A stretch of DNA of 33,649 bases, from positions 42,133 to 75,781 of the forward strand of contig JAEHON010000010.1 of NCBI GenBank assembly GCA_016112465.1. The letters run 5' to 3'. The stretch comes from Candidatus Saccharimonadota bacterium. Its GTDB lineage: Bacteria > Patescibacteriota > Saccharimonadia > Saccharimonadales > Saccharimonadaceae. Below the pieces are notes generated by a model that was given only the letters and a program-made list of their open reading frames with translations, did no database searches and was not told where the DNA came from. Made by a program: the position numbers and the translations under genes. Shown piece by piece: positions 1 to 7,976 of the stretch (positions are counted from its first letter, which is position 1; each line of letters begins with the position of its first letter).

Positions 1-1
1 T

Positions 2-46
2 TTTGTTGAAATAGAAGAGATTGATTCAGTTAAACCGAGCAGATGA
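2..46 (+). CDS. 3' end of an upstream CDS cut by the window edge (FVEIEEIDSVKPSR*)
   Basis: Open frame from position 2 ending in TGA TAA, just before the SD of the next gene; product unknown. Confidence 0.4.
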   Translation, partial: FVEIEEIDSVKPSR

Positions 47-68
47 TAAAAAATAAAGGAGGAAGTAT

Positions 69-521
69 ATGTTTGAATTAGAGAGTAAGAATCCTAATGA
101 AATTACTATAAGGACTGCGACAAAAAATATTGTGATCGATTTTGTTAATGGAATAATTTCTGCTGATTTGCCAGTGGGGAATATTGAGGGGCCTGGAGAA
201 TATGAAATTGGTGAAGCTGCAATTCGCGGAATTAGTGTTGCTAAGCATACTAAGACTATTTATGACGTAGAAGTTTCTGGTATACACATCGGAATTATTG
301 GTGACTTTGATGAAAGCTTGGATGAGCTTGGAATCTCAGATATTCTATGTACTAGCTCCGTTAGGGCGATTAAGGAAATTAGTCCAAAATTAATTATTGC
401 CACCGGAAACATTGATGGTATGGTGTCTGACTTAAAACTTTCTGCTAAGGTGGAGAAGAAAATTAAAATTAAGAAGATAGAAGATCTTCCTTCTACACAA
501 GAAGTAATCGCATTGAATTAG
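69..521 (+). CDS. Degenerate MBL-fold hydrolase-like protein (GPGEYE family)
   Basis: 150 aa ORF with AGGAGG SD; GPGEYEI motif typical of this family; no HxHxDH metal motif visible. Confidence 0.6.
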   Translation: MFELESKNPNEITIRTATKNIVIDFVNGIISADLPVGNIEGPGEYEIGEAAIRGISVAKHTKTIYDVEVSGIHIGIIGDFDESLDELGISDILCTSSVRAIKEISPKLIIATGNIDGMVSDLKLSAKVEKKIKIKKIEDLPSTQEVIALN

Positions 522-610
522 AAAAGTTATAAATAAAATAGACACATATAGGTGTCGATGAAAAAATAGAGTTTTATTAATAATAAGAAATAAAGAAATT
601 AGACATAGGT

Positions 611-644
611 AAAAATAGAGTTCAGGGAACTGGACTCTATTTTT
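611..644. terminator. Intrinsic terminator-like hairpin
   Basis: AAAAATAGAGTTCAG-GGAA-CTGGACTCTATTTTT inverted repeat followed by T-rich sequence. Confidence 0.7.
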
Positions 645-828
645 GTGTTTTTGTTAGAAGGATTCAATTTATATAAAAAAGTTATTCAACGATTCAAAGA
701 ATTTTACTCAAAAAATGACAGATTAGTGATCAAATATTTTATTGAATAAATTATTTGTTCAAAGGCGAGTGACGCTTAGTCGTTGGGTGATAGGAGAATG
801 TACATAGGGTTTATGTTATAATTATTGT

Positions 829-1473
829 ATGAATTTTGATCTATTTGCGATAGCAATTGTATTTGTTATTATTCTTTTTTCGATGGTATTACACGAGATG
901 GCTCATGCGTACGTGGCATATTTTCTTGGTGACACTACGGCAAAGGAAGAAGGACGGCTATCAATTAATCCTCTAGTGCATATCGATCCTCTAATGTCAA
1001 TTGCAATACCATTACTATTATTTATCTTAGGAGGTCCAATTTTTGGTGGGGCGAAACCTGTCCCCGTATCGAAGAGGAGATTAAAAGGCGGGGAGTGGGG
1101 GATGGCTCTGGTAGCAATTGCTGGTCCATTAACGAATTTTCTTTTAGCTCTTCTAGGGTTTTTAATTGGCTATTTTTCTGGTTTTTTGACACAGGGGGGA
1201 TACCTGGGGCTGTTTTTTAAACAGATGGTATTAGCAAATCTAGGTTTTATGATTTTTAATTTGATCCCAATCCCACCGTTAGACGGTTCGCGTGTCTTGT
1301 ACGCGATTGCTCCTGATGGTGTGAGAAGTATTTTAGGAAAACTTGAGGGGAGTTTTGGGGTATTTTTGGTAATGGGACTAGTTTACATTTTTGGTGGATA
1401 TCTTTCGGTTTTTACCTCAAGTATGATGACATCAATTCTTAAGTTCTTTTACTTTATTGTTGGCATACACTAA
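829..1473 (+). CDS. Site-2 protease (peptidase M50) membrane metalloprotease
   Basis: HEMAH zinc motif, AGPxxN, NLIPIPPLDG motif, several hydrophobic segments. Confidence 0.93.
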   Translation: MNFDLFAIAIVFVIILFSMVLHEMAHAYVAYFLGDTTAKEEGRLSINPLVHIDPLMSIAIPLLLFILGGPIFGGAKPVPVSKRRLKGGEWGMALVAIAGPLTNFLLALLGFLIGYFSGFLTQGGYLGLFFKQMVLANLGFMIFNLIPIPPLDGSRVLYAIAPDGVRSILGKLEGSFGVFLVMGLVYIFGGYLSVFTSSMMTSILKFFYFIVGIH

Positions 1474-1493
1474 GGTATGCTATAATTAAGGTA

Positions 1494-1618
1494 CCCTAGT
1501 GGCGGCATGATTTTCCTGAATAGTCATGTTTTAGGGGTTTCGCGGTGTTATCTCCGTGGAGATACGCATAAGAATCTACCCACCTGTAGTTATTACAGGG
1601 AAAAACAGGTCACTAGGG
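1494..1618 (+). ncRNA. Candidate ~125 nt structured RNA (possibly 6S-like, or a cis leader)
   Basis: TGCTATAAT extended -10 at 1478-1486; terminal stem CCCTAGTGGC/GTCACTAGGG; inner stems TTTTCCTG/CAGGGAAA and TATCTCC/GGAGATA. Confidence 0.55.
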
Positions 1619-1644
1619 ATTATGAATTTTTGGAAATTGTGGGC

Positions 1645-2520
1645 ATGAAACAGAAAGTAAAAATTGTAGGAATGATTCGGAAAGCGGATCATTTTTTAGT
1701 GCTCAAGAAAAACAAAGGTAGGATTGAGGATGCTCCGGTTTGGGAGTTGCCAGCTAGTAAAATTCGTTTTGGAGAGCAACCAGAAGAAGCGATGGCGAGA
1801 CTGGTTGATGAAGAATTATCTATTAGTGTGAAGAAAATTAAGTTGAGAGACGTCATTACCTTTACAGAATATGTGGATTCATCGAAGATCTATAACTTAT
1901 ATATCATATTTGATATTGAAATTGATGAAAATGGCAATGAAAAGATAAAACTTGGTGAAAAATATTCAGCATACAAATTTTTAGGATTTAATGATGATAT
2001 ATTTGCGAGTGTAAATCTTAGTAATGCGACAGCGTCTGTGCTTGAAATTGAGTTAGGAAGAACAAGTAGCCGCAGGGGTGGGGAGGTGACTATTGGTTTG
2101 CGAGGAGCGGCGAGTGCGCCAACAATTTACATCGATGGGGCTTCAAGAGGGAATCCTGGGCCTTCTGGTATTGGTTATGTGATAGTAGATGAAAATGGAA
2201 TGGAGATTAAAAGAGGTGGTGAATTTATTGGTTTTGCGACCTCGAGAGTTGCAGAGTATTTTGCTTTGAAAGAGGGGTGTGAGCAGGCGATTGAGCTAGG
2301 ATATAAAACTGTGAGATTCGTATCAGATAATCTAATGATGGTAAACCAGATGAATGGGGTGTATCAAATAAAAAATAGTGATATTTTGCAAATTTACAAT
2401 GATATAAATAATTTAATTTTGAAGTTTGAAGCAGTAGCTTTTGTACATGTAAGACGAGAGCAGAATGAGGTAGCGGATGCAGAAGCTAATATGGCAATTG
2501 ATCAGCACTATGCAAAATAG
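1645..2520 (+). CDS. Nudix-like domain fused to ribonuclease HI (RVT_3/RNase_HI-like)
   Basis: Start moved to MKQKVK because the ORF-track extension reads through the structured RNA. Degenerate Nudix box WELPASKIRFGEQPEEAMARLVDEELS; RNase HI motifs IDGASRGNPG, AEY, SD, HVRREQNEVAD. Confidence 0.85.
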   Translation: MKQKVKIVGMIRKADHFLVLKKNKGRIEDAPVWELPASKIRFGEQPEEAMARLVDEELSISVKKIKLRDVITFTEYVDSSKIYNLYIIFDIEIDENGNEKIKLGEKYSAYKFLGFNDDIFASVNLSNATASVLEIELGRTSSRRGGEVTIGLRGAASAPTIYIDGASRGNPGPSGIGYVIVDENGMEIKRGGEFIGFATSRVAEYFALKEGCEQAIELGYKTVRFVSDNLMMVNQMNGVYQIKNSDILQIYNDINNLILKFEAVAFVHVRREQNEVADAEANMAIDQHYAK

Positions 2521-2611
2521 CTTCCTATTGAGAAAGTGTTTTGTTAGAAAAATAACTCTATAAACCTAATCTAAACTGGATTTTAGGGGATTGTTGTGAT
2601 AGGATAAAAGA

Positions 2612-3018
2612 AGTCTGAAAGACAATCGCTTAGCTTACTAAGAGGAAAGTCCGGGCAGCACAGAACACAGTAGTCGTTAACGGCGACCGTTCGAACATTT
2701 AGAAGTGTAGCAATATACCGAAAAAATCTAAGAATAGGGAAAGTACCACAGAGACAATACCGCCTTCGGGTAAGGGTGAAAAGTGTGAGGTAAGAGCTCA
2801 CGGCGCGCTATGGTGACATAGGCGAGGGCAAACCCTACTGGCTGCAAGGAGTGCTAGAGAAACCTTTGTTCGAGGATGCACGCTCACCGCTTGAGTATTC
2901 TGGTAACAGAATATCTAGATAGATGATTGTCGGTCTACCTAAGGTCTCTTTCATTATGGTTATCTTGTGGTGAAGGAGTAGCTGATCGTAGATTACAGAA
3001 CCCGGCTTATCGAAGACT
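2612..3018 (+). ncRNA. rnpB: RNase P RNA (type A-like)
   Basis: GAGGAAAGTCCGGG and ACAGAACCCGGCTTA (P4), AGGGTGAAA, GCAAACCC, TAGATAGATG; P1 AGTCT/AGACT; P2 GACAATC/GATTGTC. Confidence 0.95.
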
Positions 3019-3046
3019 AAAAAAATAGGCTTTTGGCCTATTTTTT
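3019..3046. terminator. Bidirectional terminator between rnpB and rpmB
   Basis: A-tract-TAGGC TTTTG GCCTA-T-tract between convergent genes. Confidence 0.8.
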
Positions 3047-3071
3047 ATTGTGCTATCAAATATTTGATAGA

Positions 3072-3263
3072 TTAGTTAAGAAAACCTTTTTTCTTTAGAG
3101 TGCGAATTGCAGCTGCACTAACATTGAGGCGGATTTTCTTACCGTTAATAATCAAAGTTTTCTTCTGAATGTTTGGTTTAAAAACTTTTCTGGTCTTGTG
3201 CTGAGAGAAGGAAACATTGTGTCCATACATCTTGCCTTTACCAGTGATTTCACAGATTGCCAT
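3072..3263 (-). CDS. rpmB: 50S ribosomal protein L28
   Basis: MAICEITGK...GHNVSFS..KTRKVFKPNIQ. Confidence 0.95.
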   Translation of the reverse strand: MAICEITGKGKMYGHNVSFSQHKTRKVFKPNIQKKTLIINGKKIRLNVSAAAIRTLKKKGFLN

Positions 3264-3616
3264 TATTTATTCTCCTGTTTAGCTTGTTCGACAATGGCTT
3301 TGAAGGCAGCAGGTTGATTGACGGCGAGTTCAGCAAGAATTTTGCGGTCAATATTGATGTTTTGCTTCTTCATGAGACTAATAAGCTGAGAGTAGCTTAA
3401 TCCGAGTTCACGGGAAGCATTGTTAATACGAGTGATCCATAATGCGCGGAGATCGCGTTTGCGATTGCGGCGGTCACGGTAAGCATAGCGTAGAGCCTTG
3501 ATAACACCTTGTTTAGCAAGACGGAAGCTACGAGTGCGATAATGTTGCATACCCTTAGCGGCAGCTAGGATTTTTTTGTGTTTTGCGCGTGCAGCGACAC
3601 CTCTTTTGATTCTCAT
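3263..3616 (-). CDS. rplT: 50S ribosomal protein L20
   Basis: [38 protein letters not shown]. Confidence 0.98.
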   Translation of the reverse strand: MRIKRGVAARAKHKKILAAAKGMQHYRTRSFRLAKQGVIKALRYAYRDRRNRKRDLRALWITRINNASRELGLSYSQLISLMKKQNINIDRKILAELAVNQPAAFKAIVEQAKQENK

Positions 3617-3618
3617 GA

Positions 3619-3813
3619 TTAAACTCCTAATGCACTCTTAATGTTTTTTGCAATTTTACCTTCAACTGCGCCAGCAGTCTTCATATTGCGTTTCCTGGCT
3701 TTTGATTTTTTAGCAAGGATATGGTTGCCAAAGGCGCGTTCGCGGATCAATTTACCGGTACCGGAAATCTTAATGCGTTTTGCAGTGCCTTTGTGAGTTT
3801 TTAACTTAGGCAT
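3619..3813 (-). CDS. rpmI: 50S ribosomal protein L35
   Basis: [13 protein letters not shown]...HILAKK; position between infC and rplT. Confidence 0.97.
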   Translation of the reverse strand: MPKLKTHKGTAKRIKISGTGKLIRERAFGNHILAKKSKARKRNMKTAGAVEGKIAKNIKSALGV

Positions 3814-3918
3814 AGGTTTTCCTTTTAGTTATGGTTAATATTTGTATTCAGGAAATAAATTTTTAAAGATTATTTTCTGAAATAGAGGTACGATCAGGGA
3901 ACCTTGGAAGTAAGGAAA

Positions 3919-4440
3919 TTACTTCTTTCGTACTCCAACTGATAGGTTACGTCCTGCAAATTGAGGTTTTCCTTCGACAATTGCTACTTCAGCTAGCTCT
4001 GCTAGGATCCGGTCAAGCAAAGTTGACCCAAGCTCCTTATGTGCGAGTTCACGTCCGCGGAAGGTGATCATGATTTTACAATGATCCCCATCGTCGAGAA
4101 AACTTTTAATTTTGCGGATTTTAATATTGAGGTCATTGTCGCTAATCTTGAGGCCAATCTTCATTTGTTTAAGCTCGGATTGCTTTTCACGAGCCTTCTT
4201 ACGGTTTTTGGCTTCTTCTTTCATCTTCTGATATTGGAATTTACCCCAGTCGATGATGCGAACTACAGGAGGATTTGCATTGCCAGCAATTTCTACTAAA
4301 TCAACGCCATTTTCTCTTGCAAGGAGCTGAGCTTCACGACTTGACATGATGCCAAGTTGCTCTCCATTAGTTCCAATAACTCGCACAGATTCATAACGGA
4401 TTTCTCCATTGATTTTTGTACGTGAATTTTTGATGCTAAT
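3919..4440 (-). CDS. infC: Translation initiation factor IF-3 with non-canonical ATT start
   Basis: IF3 motifs (DLVEI, PPVVRIIDWGKF, FRGRE). The frame is open upstream of the tracked GTG to AGAAAGGA-N5-ATT at 4440, adding ISIKNSRTKINGEIRYES. Confidence 0.93.
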   Translation of the reverse strand: MSIKNSRTKINGEIRYESVRVIGTNGEQLGIMSSREAQLLARENGVDLVEIAGNANPPVVRIIDWGKFQYQKMKEEAKNRKKAREKQSELKQMKIGLKISDNDLNIKIRKIKSFLDDGDHCKIMITFRGRELAHKELGSTLLDRILAELAEVAIVEGKPQFAGRNLSVGVRKK

Positions 4441-4472
4441 GGTAGTCCTTTCTTTTAACCTTAATAATCTGC

Positions 4473-4501
4473 ATTATATCAAAATTAACGGGGATAATCA
4501 A
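4473..4501 (-). promoter_or_regulatory. Sigma70 promoter of the infC operon
   Basis: TTGATT-N17-TATAAT with TG extension on the minus strand. Confidence 0.75.
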
Positions 4502-4520
4502 GGGATTCAGTGCTTTATTC

Positions 4521-4600
4521 GGTTATTTTTTCTAGGTGGATTAATGGTTTTCTAGGTGAAGTTATGTTTTATGGTTGGATCATGATTTTCTAGGTGGAGC
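4521..4600. repeat. Degenerate ~20 bp tandem repeat with core TTTTCTAGGTG
   Basis: Exact core at 4528, 4548 and 4586; degenerate copy at ~4567. Confidence 0.7.
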
Positions 4601-4626
4601 TATAGATGCGAACGGAAGAGACTAAT

Positions 4627-6198
4627 TTATGGTTGATTAAAACTGATAGCTTCAGAGATGTGTTGAATTTTTATCTCAGGCGAGGCATCAAGGTCGGCTA
4701 TGGTTCTTGCGAGGCGGACAATTTTTAGTAAAGAGCGGGCGGAGAGTTGAAGTTTTTCAGAGGCAAGTTCAAGGTGCTTTTTAACAGAGGTGGATAGGTG
4801 GATATAATCTTTGATTTGGCTGGAATTTAGACAGCCGTTAAATAGATGGTTGGAATGATAGCGGGAATTCTGAACTTTTATCGCAGTAGTAATATTATTT
4901 TTTACAACCGCTTGAGTGTAAAATTGAGTACAATTTTTACTAACTGGGGTGGAAGGGGGTTGAATAGGTTTTTTGTTACTGCAAAGTTTATCGATAATTT
5001 TTTGGTTACCAAGATAGGGAACATAAAGTTTAATATCAATACGGTCGAGGATGGGGCCACTAATACGTTTTTGGTATCTTAAGACTTCTTGGTTCGTGCA
5101 GGTGCATTCGCGGACATGACTACCATGAAAGCCGCATGGACAGGGGTTCATGGTAGCGACGAGGATAAAATTTGCGGGGAAGGTAACTTTTTCTTTTGCC
5201 CGAGAGATGGTGATTTGGCGATCTTCAAGGGGCTGACGAAGTGATTCAAGTACTTGATGAGAGAATTCTGGGAGCTCATCGAGAAAAAGAACGCCACAAT
5301 GCGATAAAGATATTTCACCAGGAATAATGGGGTTACCGCCACCAATAATTGCGCAGCTGGAACTACTGTGATGCGGAGAACGAAAGGGGCGAATAATATT
5401 TTTACTCGGACTATGAGAGAGTTCGTGGAGCTTTGCAATGGCAAGTATTTCTTCTTCTGACGGAGGAGGCAATAAAGAAGGGATGGTCTTTGCGAGTAAT
5501 GTTTTGCCACTACCTGGTGGGCCAACGAGAAGAAGGTTGTGATGACCAGCAAGGGCTAATAGGATCGCACGTTTGGCAAAGTCTAGACCATAGACATCAT
5601 CAAAAGTTGGCTCAGTATTCTGAATTGCGTTTCTACATGGAATAATGGGCGGATTCAAGGCCGATTCGGTTGCTGGTGGAATTAATTTTTGGTGCTTTAG
5701 GTGAAGAAATAATTGTTTTAGATTGCTAACTGGGTAGAGTGTGATGCCATGAATAATGGAAGCGGAATAGAGATTCTCGGCTGGTATGAATACTTCTGTA
5801 AAACCAGCGGCTTTGGCGGTCTCAATAATATTGATGATGCCGTAAACAGGGCGTATTTCACCACTGAGCGACAGTTCGCCGACAAAGATTTTTTGGCTTA
5901 TATCTGAGGGGGTGAGTTGTCTACTGGCAACAAGAATAGAGATCGTAATGGGAAGATCGAGAGATGAACCTGTCTTAATGAGATTTGCAGGAGCTAGATT
6001 AACTGTTGTTTTATGAATGGGAAATGAAAGGTCTGAATTTTGGATTGCGTTACGAACGCGATCTTTTGACTCGAAGATAGTCTTGTCGCCCATACCAACA
6101 ATGTTAAACGCTGGAAGTCCCTTATTAATGCTAGTTTCAACTTCGATGAGCTTACCAGCGTATCCGTGTGGAATAGCAGAATATACTTTTGTTATCAT
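4627..6198 (-). CDS. comM: ComM/YifB family Mg-chelatase-like AAA+ ATPase
   Basis: GLPAFNIVG, NLAPA..K.G...DL, GELSLSG, Walker A GPPGSGKT, FRSPHHS, LFLDELPEF, MNPCPCG, RLARTIADL. Confidence 0.95.
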   Translation of the reverse strand: MITKVYSAIPHGYAGKLIEVETSINKGLPAFNIVGMGDKTIFESKDRVRNAIQNSDLSFPIHKTTVNLAPANLIKTGSSLDLPITISILVASRQLTPSDISQKIFVGELSLSGEIRPVYGIINIIETAKAAGFTEVFIPAENLYSASIIHGITLYPVSNLKQLFLHLKHQKLIPPATESALNPPIIPCRNAIQNTEPTFDDVYGLDFAKRAILLALAGHHNLLLVGPPGSGKTLLAKTIPSLLPPPSEEEILAIAKLHELSHSPSKNIIRPFRSPHHSSSSCAIIGGGNPIIPGEISLSHCGVLFLDELPEFSHQVLESLRQPLEDRQITISRAKEKVTFPANFILVATMNPCPCGFHGSHVRECTCTNQEVLRYQKRISGPILDRIDIKLYVPYLGNQKIIDKLCSNKKPIQPPSTPVSKNCTQFYTQAVVKNNITTAIKVQNSRYHSNHLFNGCLNSSQIKDYIHLSTSVKKHLELASEKLQLSARSLLKIVRLARTIADLDASPEIKIQHISEAISFNQP

Positions 6199-6294
6199 AG
6201 TTTAACTATAGGAAGGGAATGCAGATAAAGCAAAGAAATATGCAAAAAATGAATAAAATTGCTGAATACTAATTGGACTAACAGGGGAGAATTT

Positions 6295-6328
6295 ATATCT
6301 TGCTTATGCTGGATATCTTGCTTATGCT
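6295..6328. repeat. Direct repeat pair ATATCTTGCTTATGCT
   Basis: Two exact 16-mers at 6295 and 6313, between the divergent comM and ssrA promoters. Confidence 0.8.
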
Positions 6329-6335
6329 CTATAAA

Positions 6336-6364
6336 TTGAAGATAAAAGAGAAATATGATAGAAT
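6336..6364 (+). promoter_or_regulatory. ssrA promoter
   Basis: TTGAAG-N17-TAGAAT with TG extension, 9 nt before the tmRNA 5' end. Confidence 0.7.
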
Positions 6365-6373
6365 ATTGGTATC

Positions 6374-6726
6374 GGGGCTGACAAAGCTTAGACGGATTAT
6401 TAACAGATATCAGGCATGACGATTGATACCGTAAGTATTGAATAAGTGAAGAAACAACTTCAAAGCACGTGCTTTACGCACCTGTTTACGCCTAATTATT
6501 TATAGGCCGGTTTAGATATAGTTTTCCGGATGATCTAAATTGTTATAAAATAGGAAATAGGGGTAGTCCATTGACGGGGACTACTTAGAAAAATTAGTCA
6601 TGACGACTAGTAGTTTTGTTCCGTTGCCGCTACTAGTGTAAGTCGAGATGAAACAAGGAACTATGCATGTAGAATGATATCATGGAGATTTTTCGGACCC
6701 GGAGGCAGTATCCGGCAGCTCCACCA
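6374..6726 (+). ncRNA. ssrA: tmRNA (one-piece); predicted tag (A)EETTSKHVLYAPVYA at 6448-6495
   Basis: Ala acceptor stem GGGGCTG/CAGCTCC-ACCA with G3.U; T-stem CCGGA/TCCGG; GCATG/CATGT helix; ATAAGT before the resume codon; 353 nt. Confidence 0.92.
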
Positions 6727-6740
6727 GAATTTAAAAATGA

Positions 6741-6760
6741 CCCCCTCTGGGGGATTTTTT
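6741..6760 (+). terminator. ssrA terminator
   Basis: CCCCC-TCT-GGGGG followed by a T-tract. Confidence 0.65.
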
Positions 6761-6830
6761 ATGACAGATGGCAGGAAAATATTCCACATGTGGAAAACAA
6801 AAAAACATAAAAATTGTATTCAAAAACATG

Positions 6831-6859
6831 TTGACATAAGCGATTTAGCGCGGTAATAT
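6831..6859 (+). promoter_or_regulatory. Sigma70 promoter with no downstream ORF
   Basis: TTGACA-N17-TAATAT, A-rich UP-like region upstream. Confidence 0.65.
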
Positions 6860-6864
6860 AGAGG

Positions 6865-6978
6865 TAGCTTTTGAATAAAAAAATTATTCAAAGCCAAAAA
6901 CAAACAATATAGCCAAAAAACTCCACACTCTATAAGAAAAGTCAGTATTCCTCGCAGTTTAGCTGACTTTTCTTTTTT
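6865..6978 (+). ncRNA. Candidate ~115 nt small RNA
   Basis: Promoter, 5' hairpin (6867-6894), C/A-rich unpaired linker, 13 bp terminator stem AAGAAAAGTCAGT/GCTGACTTTTCTT plus T-tract; no ATG ORF. Confidence 0.55.
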
Positions 6979-6990
6979 GGTATTTTTTCT

Positions 6991-7019
6991 AAAAAAGACT
7001 TTTGGATAGAAGTCTTTTT
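6991..7019. terminator. Second, bidirectional terminator-like hairpin
   Basis: AAAAAGACTTT-loop-GAAGTCTTTTT. Confidence 0.6.
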
Positions 7020-7589
7020 AATAATATTTGGGATTTTAGACTTGTTTGTATTTTGATGTCGTAGATCAATGATTGGCGGATAGTTGCAGGTAAGATTTAT
7101 TATGAATGGCAAACAAAAAACTGGGTTGAGCTGATTGTGCGGGGGCGCTGTGATAATATGTGGGGATGAAAAACAAATAATAGTTGAATAGGCTTTTTGA
7201 GTAAAATAAGCGTGCAAATAATAAGCAATAACGGAATGAAAATAAAAAATAAGCAAAGTATTATGGAAGAAGCTTTAGCTTACTTTTTTATAGGTTTATC
7301 TCTATAAAATTAATTGAAGTATAAACTGTTTATGTTATGAGCAGTGGTTGGATGAGTTTGAAATGATATTGGAAAAATATATAAAGAAGTAATAAGAGGT
7401 GCGAAGAAATATATCATGTAAAAGTATGGATGACCTACGTGGGGCTGGAATAGCCTTATATAGGAAATTGCGAAGGTGGGTGGTATCGCGGCCAGCTTTT
7501 TGCAGGATCTATAAGCTTATGGTAAATAAAGAATGGGCGTATTCTAGATGCTAAGAAACAATAAGTGGATGGCTTAATTAATATTGTAA

Positions 7590-7950
7590 ATGTCTATGTT
7601 TATCCGTAGTTTATGTTCAATCATAATTGAACTATGTTGCGGAATTTTTGAAAAATATTAGTTTCTCGTAAATGTTTGGTGTTCTATATTTTTTAGTGTT
7701 TTATATTTTTTGTATAGATCGCAATTTAAAAACTTGGATCCTCAAAAGAAGAGGGAAGCTAAATTAATGTAACAGTTGTAAAAAATAATAATTGTAAATT
7801 ACGGCTTATGTTGTAGTTTATGTAGATAAGAATTACAACAATATTAAAAATAATATAATATTGTTGTTATAAATACTACACTATTTGTAACGCAATTATT
7901 AACTATGTAACAGTTGTGATTGATAATAGATATTGCGTATGTTGTAATAA
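7590..7950. repeat. Cluster of operator-like direct and inverted repeats (TATGT/GTTGT boxes)
   Basis: ATGTAACAGTTGT x2 (7767, 7905); GTAGTTTATGT x2 (7606, 7813); TATGTTG x3 (7633, 7807, 7938); 12 bp inverted repeat 7835-7867. Confidence 0.55.
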
Positions 7951-7976
7951 TAACTATATAATTCCAGTAAAAATGC

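Noticed and set aside
798..822. dif-like TTATGTTA site (also ~7330 and ~7994)
   Set aside because: No XerC arm at 6 bp spacing; the 811-822 and 7994 copies are explained by extended -10 promoters
1494..1618. 5S rRNA or SRP RNA identity for the structured element
   Set aside because: Ends resemble 5S helix I, but loop C CCGAAC and the SRP CAGG..GGAA..GCAGC motif are absent
6942..7256. 104 aa minus-strand ORF
   Set aside because: Non-ATG start, no RBS, low-complexity composition, runs through two terminators
7470..7500. T-box-like GGGTGGTATCGCG
   Set aside because: One mismatch to GGTGGTACCGCG, but no CGTCCC antiterminator partner, terminator, clear stem I or downstream gene
7263..7554. Short ORFs or pseudogene remnant (MEEALAYFFIGLSL; CYEQWLDEFEMILEKYIKK; 42 aa MDDLRG...)
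   Set aside because: Fragments in different frames with no recognisable homology or clear RBS; a decayed gene cannot be excluded without BLASTX
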